NCBI GenBank assembly: GCA_964402035.1
Contig: CAYOAM010000003.1
Location: forward strand, 162,657 to 226,656
Origin: an uncultured Candidatus Saccharibacteria bacterium
GTDB taxonomy: Bacteria > Patescibacteriota > Minisyncoccia > Phycocordibacterales > UBA918
Direction of reading: 5' to 3'
Length of the DNA: 64,000 nt
The notes under the pieces: generated by a model
The model's input: the letters and a program-made list of their open reading frames with translations, nothing else
Database searches by the model: none
What the model was told of the DNA's origin: nothing
Made by a program: the position numbers and the translations under genes
Shown here: positions 9,524-19,256 of the stretch, in pieces
How positions within the stretch are numbered: the stretch's first letter is position 1
Layout of the letters: each line of letters starts with the position of its first letter

Positions 9524-9948
9524 CTGAGGGAGACTTGATCAGTTTGATCATTTTTGCCCTAGAAAACTCTAAAACAGAGCGGCTATAAATAACAAAGGCC
9601 CAAGAAGAGTGAATCAAATGCTGTGGGTGACTAAGCATGTGATGATGACAATTCTGGGCCTTTTTCAAGCGTGTCCTATAGAAGGACTGTGTGACACTTT
9701 TGGTCACGACATATGCTTGTGGGCATCGCAACCACAATGAAGTGTGTGGGTTGAGCGATCCCGTCTTCAACATCCAGCCATGTTTTTGGTGATGGGTGCT
9801 AAGGGCGGGACCACTCGTTCATTGGGAGCAATACAAAAATATTGAAGAACATAAAGTAGTTTGGAGGAACTACTCTTTCTGGTTGTGAATGAACAATTCG
9901 GATGCCTAGCAAACTAGGTATCTATAGCCTTCAAGGGCCAACCCTTAG
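9524..9948 (+). ncRNA. Candidate large structured ncRNA of unknown class
   Basis: Nested long-range helices and many hairpins with G-U pairs; no credible ORF. Confidence 0.55.
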
Positions 9949-10063
9949 AGTATGTCCTTTAGATTATCATGTAAAGGACATACATGTGGATAAGTGTCCT
10001 TTATAAAGGACACTGCCTACTACCCAGCGCAATGACGCCTCATGTGTTATAGTTTTTTCCATT

Positions 10064-10702
10064 ATGGAAAATAATACTGCGACAAAAAAACAGCCGACTT
10101 CGGTACCTACAAAAAAAGCCAACGGCAATCAACGGGAGCAGATCGGTCTTATGGGTGCAAAAGGTAGTTTTTCCGAAGAAGCGGCGCGTACCTATGCAAA
10201 CAAGGCAGGGATAAAGGCCTTCGACCTTCACTATCTTATCAATGCAGAAAATGTACTCTCTGCTCTTGAGAAAGGGGAGATCGACATCGCTATCTTTCCT
10301 ATAGAAAATAGCAACGGAGGCATCGTCCTTGAGGCAGTGCACGCAATGTCCAAGCACAATTTTGATATTAAGAAGATCTTTGAGATTGACGTCCATCACA
10401 ACCTCCTCGTGAAAAAGGGGACAAGGGCAGGGGAGATCACGGCGATCACGTCACATGACCAAGCCATTAAGCAGTGCCGCATGTACCTCAAGCGCATGTG
10501 GCCTACAGCGGAGATACAAGTATACGTAGACACTGCCAAAGCAGCGGCCGACCTCGCCAATGGCACGCTACCAAGAACAACTGCTGTCATAGCCTCCCGC
10601 GCAGCAGCAAAAATCTACAAGCTCGACATCCTCGAAGAGTCGATCCAAGACCTCAAGTGGAACTACACAAGCTTTATCGCAGCGACTAAACGAAATACGT
10701 AA
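10064..10702 (+). CDS. Prephenate dehydratase catalytic-domain protein, no ACT domain
   Basis: GAKGSFSEEAA, PIENSNGG, SHDQAIKQC, DTAKAA, IQD-x3-NYTSF motifs. Confidence 0.85.
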   Translation: MENNTATKKQPTSVPTKKANGNQREQIGLMGAKGSFSEEAARTYANKAGIKAFDLHYLINAENVLSALEKGEIDIAIFPIENSNGGIVLEAVHAMSKHNFDIKKIFEIDVHHNLLVKKGTRAGEITAITSHDQAIKQCRMYLKRMWPTAEIQVYVDTAKAAADLANGTLPRTTAVIASRAAAKIYKLDILEESIQDLKWNYTSFIAATKRNT

Positions 10703-10732
10703 AAAAAAGCCGCACTCTCGTGCGACTCTACA

Positions 10733-11485
10733 CTACGTCCTTAAAAATTTTTCTAATTTCTTGAGTAGTACGTACGCTTCAGGATACTTTTCCTCCTTTA
10801 TTTGTTGTCTGTAGAGTTTAGCAAGCTTCTCCCTTGCTTCTTGTATTGCACTAGAAGATAACTCAATATTTTCATCAAGGAGATCTGGTCCATATCTCCT
10901 ATAGTCCATTGTATCTACTGCCGCATAGCTGGCTGGCTCCACAAGGGCAACATCAAACATACCCTGATTAGGTCGATCATTATAGGTTACCTTGCCCTTA
11001 AGGAGCACCCCATCACACTCAACCTCTACAAAGGTTTGTATCGCATACAAGCGTGCATGGCGTTCTCTTTGTTTTCGAAGTCGTTCTGCTTTTGCGATCT
11101 CAATCAATCGCATTGCTTCTCCTTCAGCATGAGCGCGAACTACCGCCGGTCCTTTTTCAAGCAACTCATGTGGTATGACAACCTTTATGTCAGGGTTGCG
11201 CTCATGCTTCCACGCATAGCCACACAAGACAAGCTCCCCTGATCGAGAAACGACATAATCAAGACCCCATAGCGTGTGATTCGTATCGTATCCAACCATC
11301 TTTTTCCCTTTCTCTTGTAAACGAACATCCGCCCGTATGGGCGGATGTAATATGTCGTGAGTTGATACATCGCCCCCCATACGAGGTTGGATTTCGCACC
11401 TTACATTCTGCAGGTTGCGGACAGAGTTTTGGGCCAGTTCCCTTAACACCTCTGCTCTCTTGATGTGATCTACTCGTTGCAACAA
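10733..11485 (-). CDS. Hypothetical protein
   Basis: 250-aa ORF; start uncertain. Confidence 0.55.
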   Translation of the reverse strand: MLQRVDHIKRAEVLRELAQNSVRNLQNVRCEIQPRMGGDVSTHDILHPPIRADVRLQEKGKKMVGYDTNHTLWGLDYVVSRSGELVLCGYAWKHERNPDIKVVIPHELLEKGPAVVRAHAEGEAMRLIEIAKAERLRKQRERHARLYAIQTFVEVECDGVLLKGKVTYNDRPNQGMFDVALVEPASYAAVDTMDYRRYGPDLLDENIELSSSAIQEAREKLAKLYRQQIKEEKYPEAYVLLKKLEKFLRT

Positions 11486-11539
11486 TTGATCAAAAGTAAA
11501 AGTTCCATATTTTTAAACCTGCCACCCACAAATATGTAG

Positions 11540-12310
11540 CTACACTTCAATCTCCAATGTCACCGGGCAGTGGTCTGAGCCGAAGATGTTGGGGAGGATT
11601 TCTGCTCTTTTGAGTTTTGGAATAAGATCTTGGCTTGCGAAAAAGTAGTCGATACGCCAGCCGACATTGCGATCGCGGGCTCGCGTCTTTTGATCCCAGT
11701 ATGAATAGGCGCCAGTTTTGGTAGGGGAGAAGTGGCGGAACGTGTCGACATAGCCGTGGCGCACCACCTCATCAAGCCACGCACGCTCCTCAGGGAGAAA
11801 ACCGGTGTTTTCTACATTTTCTTTGGGACGCGCAAGGTCGATCGCTTCATGCGCGGTGTTTACATCACCACAGAAAATCACCGACCTGCCTTTAGATCGA
11901 AGCGCATCGACGTACGCGAGAAAGGCATCATAAAATTCCATCTTGTATGCAAGTCGCTCGGGACCTTGCCCTCCGTTTGGAAAATAGATATTGAGAAGAA
12001 CAAAATCTCCGAAGTCACCGCCAATGATGCGCCCTTCGTCATCAAACTTCGATATACCAATGCCGTATATGACTTCTTTTGGAGCCACTTTTGTATAGAG
12101 CGCAACCCCGCTGTATCCCTTTTTTAATTTCGAGGAGGAAAAGTACGAAGTGTATCCCGATGGAATACGCAGAAAGTCCGAAAGCTGGCTTTCTTCTGCT
12201 TTAGTTTCTTGAAGACAAAAAATATCGGGCGCGAGTGCGAGAAAATCGGCAAAAGTTCCATTTCCCTCGCATGAGCGCAGGCCGTTGACGTTCCATGATA
12301 TGAGTTTCAT
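11540..12310 (-). CDS. xth: Exodeoxyribonuclease III
   Basis: SWNVNGLR, CLQETK, GYSGVA, GDVNTAH, GWRIDYF, SDHCPV. Confidence 0.95.
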   Translation of the reverse strand: MKLISWNVNGLRSCEGNGTFADFLALAPDIFCLQETKAEESQLSDFLRIPSGYTSYFSSSKLKKGYSGVALYTKVAPKEVIYGIGISKFDDEGRIIGGDFGDFVLLNIYFPNGGQGPERLAYKMEFYDAFLAYVDALRSKGRSVIFCGDVNTAHEAIDLARPKENVENTGFLPEERAWLDEVVRHGYVDTFRHFSPTKTGAYSYWDQKTRARDRNVGWRIDYFFASQDLIPKLKRAEILPNIFGSDHCPVTLEIEV

Positions 12311-12451
12311 CGGACATAACTATACCAAATCTGATATAAAAAACATGGATACATCCCTAGGCTTACCCCAGGGGGTGGTTGGAGATAGGCAGGTTTAATG
12401 GTATATAATGGATCCGTTGGGTGTGTACTAAAAAAATAATTTAAATTCACT

Positions 12452-12709
12452 ATGGTTAGAAAAGCCAATCCTGCACTATTAAAGCCGATGAACCTCTCAG
12501 CTGAACTTGAGGCAGTTGTTGGAAAGGGTCCAATGCCACGTTCACAGGTTGTTAAAAAGATTTGGGAGTACATCAAGAAGAAAGATCTTCAGAATCCAAA
12601 GAACAAGCGCAACATTTTTTCTGACGACATGTTGAAGCCCCTCTTTGGTGGAAAGAGCGAAGTGACCATGTTTGAAATGACCAAACTCATCTCAGCACAC
12701 ATCTCGTAA
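12452..12709 (+). CDS. SWIB/MDM2 domain protein
   Basis: LSAELEAVVGKGPMPRSQVVKKIWEYIKKKDLQNPKNKRNI. Confidence 0.9.
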   Translation: MVRKANPALLKPMNLSAELEAVVGKGPMPRSQVVKKIWEYIKKKDLQNPKNKRNIFSDDMLKPLFGGKSEVTMFEMTKLISAHIS

Positions 12710-12723
12710 CCCTCAAGCCTCGT

Positions 12724-12757
12724 AAAAGCCCCGCGACCAAATGTCGCGGGGCTTTTA
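12724..12757 (+). terminator. Rho-independent terminator
   Basis: AAAAGCCCCGCGAC/GTCGCGGGGCTTTT. Confidence 0.8.
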
Positions 12758-12822
12758 CTGTATATCACGCACACATCAGAATTAAAAAACTCATTGGTGT
12801 AATGGCACCAGTGAGTTTTGTG

Positions 12823-13092
12823 TTAGTGGATCTTGCCCTCAAATCGTGCATACCTGATATCGGTTGCACGAACAAGTACGCTATGTGCCACCCTCACCGA
12901 ACGAAGCGGCCCCTCAATTTCGCGCTTCCAAAAATCAAGAAATTCTTTGAGTCTTGGAAACTTAGGTGAATAATCATATTCCTGCCAGATATAGACCTGC
13001 AGGAGACTATAGTCAGGGAGTCTGTACTCGATTTCTGCAGTGGTCAGTCCATAGTCCCCATCGGGGTCAGTCGATCGAATGATATGCACCAT
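12823..13092 (-). CDS. Usg family protein
   Basis: YGLTTAEIEYRLPD...LQVYIWQEYDYSPKFPRLKEFLDFWKREIEGPLRSVRVAH matches the Usg-like pattern; GGAGG RBS. Confidence 0.8.
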   Translation of the reverse strand: MVHIIRSTDPDGDYGLTTAEIEYRLPDYSLLQVYIWQEYDYSPKFPRLKEFLDFWKREIEGPLRSVRVAHSVLVRATDIRYARFEGKIH

Positions 13093-13246
13093 CAGACACC
13101 TCCCAAAAACAAACCCCTACCAGTAAATCGCTGTACGAGCGAGAAGTCAATATGACAAACGAATAGCTACACAGCCAAAAACGACCCTGCTTTTTTGCGG
13201 GGTCTTTTTTATAAAAAAAAGACCCCGCAGCATGTGCCACGAGGAC

Positions 13247-13432
13247 TTAAGTTTTTGTTGGCATCGTTCGCAAAAGAAGCAGACGGGCTTCAGCGATCAA
13301 AAATGCAGCAGCTTGTACCGCCTTGTCTGCCTCATCGAGGTATCGCTTTCCGGAAGCGACAATATCTGCCCGTACGTGTACCGGTAAAACCGCAACACGC
13401 CGAATAGTCACTTTTCTTTTCATGATAATCAA
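13247..13432 (-). CDS. Small hypothetical protein
   Basis: 61-aa ORF with AGGAG RBS and downstream hairpins. Confidence 0.4.
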   Translation of the reverse strand: MIIMKRKVTIRRVAVLPVHVRADIVASGKRYLDEADKAVQAAAFLIAEARLLLLRTMPTKT

Positions 13433-13443
13433 ACTCCTGTCAG

Positions 13444-13860
13444 TTAAAGCTTGAAGGAATCATCCTCTTGCAAAAGTTTCCTACGGTAAAATTCTCTACC
13501 CTTAGGCGGTATACTTATAAGTGCGTATTGCGCGCAAAAGTTGAATGGGTATGGTAATGACTCATCATTAAACCATCGACCGTTTCGCCGTTTGTGTACC
13601 AGGAGTCCCGAGGCACATGCCGCCCTCTCTATGTGTTCAACATCGGAAGAGCGCGTCACGAAAAGATGATACAGGACACCGCCGACAGGGCATTCAAACA
13701 ACTTGAGTCCCATAAGTGAGGGGCTCAAGTTGACACTATATTGGTGTATGGTGCGAAAACAATCCTCTATAGGCAGACACCTTCTGCCTATAAAACAGAC
13801 ATGATCATACAGACCAACATACGGAGCACGTGACACCAGGTTCATTTGTAGCCTCCCCAC
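13444..13860 (-). CDS. Hypothetical protein
   Basis: ORF with GGGGAGG RBS before MNLVSRAP. Confidence 0.5.
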   Translation of the reverse strand: MGRLQMNLVSRAPYVGLYDHVCFIGRRCLPIEDCFRTIHQYSVNLSPSLMGLKLFECPVGGVLYHLFVTRSSDVEHIERAACASGLLVHKRRNGRWFNDESLPYPFNFCAQYALISIPPKGREFYRRKLLQEDDSFKL

Positions 13861-14105
13861 AGGTATCGTACGGAAGATCTTTACATCTTTGCCAAGTATG
13901 TTGCATTTTCTTTTATTGTCAATTTACGCTGAATATGTGCCTCTTAGCAATCACGTCCATGACCATAAATTTGTTTATATGCACTACATAATTCGTTAAT
14001 GAGAAAAAGGCGCCCTCTATGAGGGCGCCTTTAGCAAAAGACAATCTCTCTCTTTAGGTCCGTTGAACATTTCTCACACACCATTCGGCATCAAAGTTCG
14101 TGTTT

Positions 14106-14474
14106 TCACACAACGACAAGGCACCTTAAACTTAGACAATACAATTTACCAGGGAATGGCTTCCTCTGTCTGTATTCCTCTACATCCAACTGTGATGCTC
14201 GCGCAGCCCGAATAGCAGCCTCGACCTCTTGTATTGGAACAACTGCAACGCGATAATCGTGCCCAGATCTCCATACTCTGAATAATCCGAGTATCCATGG
14301 AGCATGCTCATACTTGAGCCGTAACTGACATAGGAAATCCGTTATCGCAGACTGCGTCTGCGATCTAGGCACACATCCAACAAAACAAGCTTTGTTAAGA
14401 ACCGTAGCCCGAAACTGCTCTCGTGTAATCTTCCCCTGAGGCATTCCTTCAATATTCCAAGGCACAATGCGCAT
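14106..14474 (-). CDS. Hypothetical protein
   Basis: 122-aa ORF with AGGGG RBS. Confidence 0.5.
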   Translation of the reverse strand: MRIVPWNIEGMPQGKITREQFRATVLNKACFVGCVPRSQTQSAITDFLCQLRLKYEHAPWILGLFRVWRSGHDYRVAVVPIQEVEAAIRAARASQLDVEEYRQRKPFPGKLYCLSLRCLVVV

Positions 14475-14534
14475 CTCGGCCCCCTTTATGAATTCCGCTA
14501 CCAGAGTACGCCCAAAGAAAGTCTGCTGTCAACG

Positions 14535-15455
14535 TTACCTCCGTCCCTTTCCATGAAAGTTTTTATGCACTTCGCGCAAGTGTGCATCGGTAACGTGGGT
14601 GTAGATTTGGGTCGTCGCTATGTTCGCGTGACCTAACAGTGCTTGGACGGAGCGAATGTCGGCGCCATTGCCCAGAAGGTCCGTGGCGAAGCTGTGCCGG
14701 ATAATGTGCGGCGTGACCTTGCGAGTGATGCCCGCTTTGATCGCATACTGCTTTACCGTACGCTGCACCGCGCGTACCGTGAGTCGCAATTCCTTCGTAT
14801 TTTTCGCATTTTTTCCATACTGCACAAACATCGCATCATCCATATCTTTGCGTACCTTGAGATATTCTTTGATCGCATTTTTTGCGGTAGGGGAGAGAAA
14901 GACAACCCGTACCTTGTCGCCCTTGCCGCGCACCGAAAATTCATCACGAGAGAGATCCACATCATCAGTCGAGAGTGCGCAAAGCTCAGAAACACGTAGC
15001 CCTGTTGAAAAAAGGAGTTCGAGTATCGCGCGATCACGGAGACCCTGTGTCGTTTTAGCATCGGGCGCCGCCAAAAGGCGTTCGAGCTCGGCTTGGGTGA
15101 TAAGGTCGAGAGATCTCTCACCGACTTTCGCAAGCTCAATACGTTCAGGAGAAACTGACTCAATGCCGCGTTTGCGGAGAAACTTTAAAAATGCGCGGAG
15201 TGCTATGAGGTAGTAGTTCTGTGTACGTCGCTTCATCGTCTCGACATTGCGCCCGACTTTGGTACCCGCTTGCCTGTTGAGCCAGACACGATACTCACGA
15301 ATCATGCTTTCCGTGATATCTCCCGGATCTTTTATTTTTGCATATACCACAAAACGCTCCAGGTAATGCCCATAGTTGTCGATCGTTTTTGCACTGCGAC
15401 CCTTTTCAATTTCAAGATACTGCAAAAATTCTCGGATACCTTCAGTAATAGTCAT
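14535..15455 (-). CDS. XerC/XerD-family tyrosine recombinase
   Basis: SAM-like N-domain; RDRAILELLFSTGLRVSEL, GKGDKVR, HIIRHSFATDLL, LGHANIATTQIY. Confidence 0.93.
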   Translation of the reverse strand: MTITEGIREFLQYLEIEKGRSAKTIDNYGHYLERFVVYAKIKDPGDITESMIREYRVWLNRQAGTKVGRNVETMKRRTQNYYLIALRAFLKFLRKRGIESVSPERIELAKVGERSLDLITQAELERLLAAPDAKTTQGLRDRAILELLFSTGLRVSELCALSTDDVDLSRDEFSVRGKGDKVRVVFLSPTAKNAIKEYLKVRKDMDDAMFVQYGKNAKNTKELRLTVRAVQRTVKQYAIKAGITRKVTPHIIRHSFATDLLGNGADIRSVQALLGHANIATTQIYTHVTDAHLREVHKNFHGKGRR

Positions 15456-15511
15456 ACGACTATTGTACGCTGCATCACAAGCGTCGCACAATATGGTAGA
15501 GTGTTTGCACT

Positions 15512-15784
15512 ATGGAAAAACAACAGATGAAAATCGAAGTGGAGAAACATGCACACGCACTCACGAATGTTATTTTTGGGCACAATGGGGAACAGTTTGA
15601 TCTTTTGATGGTTTCCGGCCACACCGGACGACACTATGTCTGTACACCAGCACACGCAAAGCGCGTTTTGTTGCGCCTTGGCGAACACATTGCCGCATTT
15701 GAGAAAGAGCATGGCGAAATCAAGGTCTCTTTGCCAAAAGTAGCGAAAAATGAGAGCGGGGAAGAGAAACGGGTCGGTTTTTAG
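15512..15784 (+). CDS. Small DUF3467-like protein
   Basis: TPAHAKRVLLRLGEHIAAFEKEHGEI motif. Confidence 0.6.
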   Translation: MEKQQMKIEVEKHAHALTNVIFGHNGEQFDLLMVSGHTGRHYVCTPAHAKRVLLRLGEHIAAFEKEHGEIKVSLPKVAKNESGEEKRVGF

Positions 15785-15868
15785 CCAAAAAGAAGCCTTG
15801 GGGGGCTTTTGCAAGGTGCAGTTACGACAGTACTTGCAAATATTGTCAATCTGTGCTATAGTCTAAAC

Positions 15869-16135
15869 ATGCTTACGAAACGAAAGAAATTGAATGCCAC
15901 GAAAGAAACGCGTCGGCATGACAGCGATACCGGATCGCCTGAAGTACAGGTTTCTCTTTTATCAAAACAAATTGACGAGCTTTCGACGCATTTGCGCAAA
16001 CACAAGGGTGATGTGCACTCACGACGTGGACTTTTGCAAATGGTTGCTGATCGTCGCAAACATTTGAAGTACTTGGAGCGTACTAATGTGAAAGCATATA
16101 GCACACTCACAAAGAAACTTGGTCTCAAGAAATAA
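15869..16135 (+). CDS. rpsO: 30S ribosomal protein S15
   Basis: HDSDTGSPEVQV...HSRRGLLQMV. Confidence 0.97.
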   Translation: MLTKRKKLNATKETRRHDSDTGSPEVQVSLLSKQIDELSTHLRKHKGDVHSRRGLLQMVADRRKHLKYLERTNVKAYSTLTKKLGLKK

Positions 16136-16251
16136 ACGCGCCAACGGCTCCCGAAGGGGGCCGTTATGCTATACTCGTTTGTAGGTACCGTTCATTATTT
16201 TTTATACATTAAACAGACGCATTTCTTCAAAACATTGGAGAAAGGATTTAT

Positions 16252-16836
16252 ATGACTATCGTTAAACACAAAGAACAACGTGTCGGTATCTTTATCGACA
16301 CACAAAACCTCTATCACAGTGCAAAAAATATTTATAAGGCAAAAGTAAACTTCGAAGCCGTTGTCCACGAAGCTTTGGGCGACCGCAAGCTCGTTCGCGC
16401 TATTTCCTATGTCGTCACAACTGAAAGCGGGGAAGAACAGGCTTTTTTCGAAGCTCTCCAGAAAATCGGCATTGAGACAAAGACCAAAGATCTACAAATT
16501 TTCTTTGGTGGGGCAAAAAAGGCAGATTGGGACGTCGGTATGGCGATTGATGCCATTAAGATGGCTCCTAAACTTGATGTTATTGTCCTTGCGACAGGAG
16601 ACGGAGACTTTGTACCGCTCGTTGAATACGTGCGCGGCCAAGGATGCCAAGTGGAAGTACTCGCTTTTGGACGTTCAGCCTCTGCGCGCCTCCGTGAGAT
16701 TGCAGATGATTTTCTCGATATGGATGAAGACCCACATACGTTCCTCATTGGCCACAGGCAATCACATAAACACAAACAAGGGAGACAGGATCGTCCCGGT
16801 GCAGGCACCATTGAAACCATTGGTGCCGACGCGTAG
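16252..16836 (+). CDS. NYN domain (LabA/DUF88) protein
   Basis: FIDTQNLY, KADWDVGMAID, TGDGDFVPLV. Confidence 0.9.
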   Translation: MTIVKHKEQRVGIFIDTQNLYHSAKNIYKAKVNFEAVVHEALGDRKLVRAISYVVTTESGEEQAFFEALQKIGIETKTKDLQIFFGGAKKADWDVGMAIDAIKMAPKLDVIVLATGDGDFVPLVEYVRGQGCQVEVLAFGRSASARLREIADDFLDMDEDPHTFLIGHRQSHKHKQGRQDRPGAGTIETIGADA

Positions 16837-16852
16837 AGCTGTAACTACATCG

Positions 16853-16897
16853 AAAACCCCCGCGACAAGCGCTGCTTGTCGCGGGGGTTTTCTTTTT
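16853..16897 (+). terminator. Rho-independent terminator
   Basis: AAAACCCCCGCGACAAGC/GCTTGTCGCGGGGGTTTT plus T-tail. Confidence 0.85.
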
Positions 16898-17030
16898 GCC
16901 GTGTGCTTATATATACTCTATCTATTATCAATAGTCGGGAGGTAGGCGGATACAGGTTTGAAATGCAAAGAGCGTATGAACGCTTAGACTTCAAATCTCC
17001 ATTCCGAAAATCTCCCACGTTTTGGAGGTT

Positions 17031-19199
17031 ATGCAAAAAAAATCATTCACGACCGAAATTGCAGGAAAAAAAATTACTGCCGAATTCAATGACCTTGTCG
17101 AAAATGCGACCGGATCCGTCATGATGCGCTCCGGCGACACGGTCATTTTGGTCACGGCCGTCATGGGTGCCGAAGAAAAAGCGGGCCTTGGGTACTTTCC
17201 ACTCTCGGTAGAGTTTGAAGAGCGCTTCTATGCTGCAGGACAAATCCTTGGCAGTCGTTTTGTACGACGCGAAGGACGACCGTCGGACGAAGCGGTGCTC
17301 TCTGCACGTATCGTCGATCGCACCATACGCCCGCTGTTTTCACACACGCTGCGCAATGAAATCCAGGTCGTAATTACGGTACTTGCTGTCGGGGAAGATG
17401 ATCCAGATATTCTCGCTGTTATTGGCGCATCGCTCGCACTTTCTGTTTCAGAGATTCCATTTAATGGACCTGTTTGCGCAGCGCGCATTGCAAAGCGTGC
17501 GAGCGATGGCGCACTCCTCGTCAATCCTACCTATCTTGAACGGGTGACCGATAGTCTTTCATACGAAGTATTGGCGTGTGGGAAAGACGACACCATCAAC
17601 ATGATCGAGACCGAGGGCAACGAGGTATCTGAATCTGACGTCGCTCTCGCTCTCGAGAAGGCACGTGACATGCACCGTGCCCTCGAGGTGTTTCAAAAAG
17701 AAATTATTGCACAAATCGGGGTTCCAAAAAAAGACGTAGCAAAGCCACAGCAGGCTATAGAAGCTCTTGAGCTTTTTAAGACAACGATCGCACCAAAAAT
17801 CTATGACGCTGTGTTTTCTGGCGCTCCCGGAAAACAAGCAATCACAGCACTCAAAAAAGAATGGCACACGATCATAAACGCGGCACTCCCAGACGCCGCG
17901 CGTGGCGCCGACACCATTTTTGAACATGCGATCGATGAAGCCCTCCACGAAGGCGGCATCGTAGATGGAAAGCGTCCCGACGGGCGCGGCTTCGATGATC
18001 TGCGTCCACTCTTTGCACAAGCTGGCGGTATTTCAAATGTGCTTCACGGATCAGGTATTTTCTATCGGGGCGGTACCCATATTTTTTCTGCGCTCACACT
18101 TGGCGGACCACAAGATTCGCAGATTATCGACACCATGGAAGAGCGAGAGATGAAAAAGCAGTTTATGCACCACTACAACTTTCCACCATTTTCGGTGGGA
18201 GAAACGGGACGTGTGGGTGGATCAAACCGCCGCATGACCGGACACGGCGCACTTGCAGAAAAAGCACTGCTTCCCGTAATCCCTGCAAAAACAATATTTC
18301 CCTATACTATTCGACTGGTTTCCGAGACTATGTCATCCAACGGTTCTAGTTCTATGGGCTCGGTTTGTGCTTCAACACTCGCACTCATGGACGGAGGCGT
18401 TCCGATCAACCGCCCCGTTGCCGGTATTGCTTCAGGACTCTTGCTTAAAGACCACAGCTCATATGTACTTTTAACCGACATCCAAGGACCTGAAGATGAG
18501 TACGGCGATATGGATTTTAAGGTTGCTGGCACCCGCGTGGGTATCACTGCTATCCAAATGGATGTGAAAGTCGATGGCGTCCCAATTGCGATCCTCAAAG
18601 AAGCTCTGGAAAAAGCAAAGTCTGCGCGACTACGCATCTTGGATGTTATGGAAGCAGAGATAGCTGCACCACGATCGGACATTTCACCACGCGCACCAAA
18701 GATTGTTGTCCTTCAGATTCCGGTATCTAAAATCGGTATGGTCATCGGTTCTGGTGGAAAGACCATCAACAAAATCAAAGAAGAGACGCTGGTTGCCGAA
18801 ATTACTATCGAGGATGACGGTACCATATTTATTACCGGCAAAGACGGTAGCGCAGAACGAGCTGCTGATCGTATCCGCATGATGACTCACGAATTTAAAG
18901 CAGGCGAAGCATTCATGGGCAAAGTTACGCGCCTTGCAACGTTTGGTGCTTTTATCGCCTTAAACGACTTCACGGACGGACTCCTTCATATTTCTGAAAT
19001 TGCGCCATTCCGTATCGATAGGGTCGAAGAAGCGCTTGCGGTCGGGGACATCGTGCCGATTGTGATTAAAGAAATTGAGGGTGAAAAAATATCGCTATCG
19101 ATCAAACAGCGAGATCCTGAATTTGCCGCACGCAAGGGCTTGAAACCTTCGACGCATCCTCCAACTCCCCCACGTACTCCATACCGTCCGCGGAATTAA
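17031..19199 (+). CDS. pnp: Polyribonucleotide nucleotidyltransferase
   Basis: Two RNase PH domains (HYNFPPFSVGE, SNGSSSMGSVC, GDMDFKVAG) plus KH and S1 domains. Confidence 0.97.
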   Translation: MQKKSFTTEIAGKKITAEFNDLVENATGSVMMRSGDTVILVTAVMGAEEKAGLGYFPLSVEFEERFYAAGQILGSRFVRREGRPSDEAVLSARIVDRTIRPLFSHTLRNEIQVVITVLAVGEDDPDILAVIGASLALSVSEIPFNGPVCAARIAKRASDGALLVNPTYLERVTDSLSYEVLACGKDDTINMIETEGNEVSESDVALALEKARDMHRALEVFQKEIIAQIGVPKKDVAKPQQAIEALELFKTTIAPKIYDAVFSGAPGKQAITALKKEWHTIINAALPDAARGADTIFEHAIDEALHEGGIVDGKRPDGRGFDDLRPLFAQAGGISNVLHGSGIFYRGGTHIFSALTLGGPQDSQIIDTMEEREMKKQFMHHYNFPPFSVGETGRVGGSNRRMTGHGALAEKALLPVIPAKTIFPYTIRLVSETMSSNGSSSMGSVCASTLALMDGGVPINRPVAGIASGLLLKDHSSYVLLTDIQGPEDEYGDMDFKVAGTRVGITAIQMDVKVDGVPIAILKEALEKAKSARLRILDVMEAEIAAPRSDISPRAPKIVVLQIPVSKIGMVIGSGGKTINKIKEETLVAEITIEDDGTIFITGKDGSAERAADRIRMMTHEFKAGEAFMGKVTRLATFGAFIALNDFTDGLLHISEIAPFRIDRVEEALAVGDIVPIVIKEIEGEKISLSIKQRDPEFAARKGLKPSTHPPTPPRTPYRPRN

Positions 19200-19256
19200 C
19201 ACCCCCCACAGCCCGCAATCGCGAGAGTGGCGAGAGCATGCGATACTATAGACGTA

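Noticed and set aside
9524-9948. tmRNA, RNase P RNA or self-splicing intron identity for the structured region
   Set aside because: No tRNA-like termini, no GAGGAAAGUCC P4 motif, no group II domain V or group I core motifs found by eye; flanking genes are intact.
14535-15455. Integron integrase or island integrase
   Set aside because: Looks like a housekeeping Xer; no IntI-specific insertion and no recognisable attC sites among the adjacent small ORFs.
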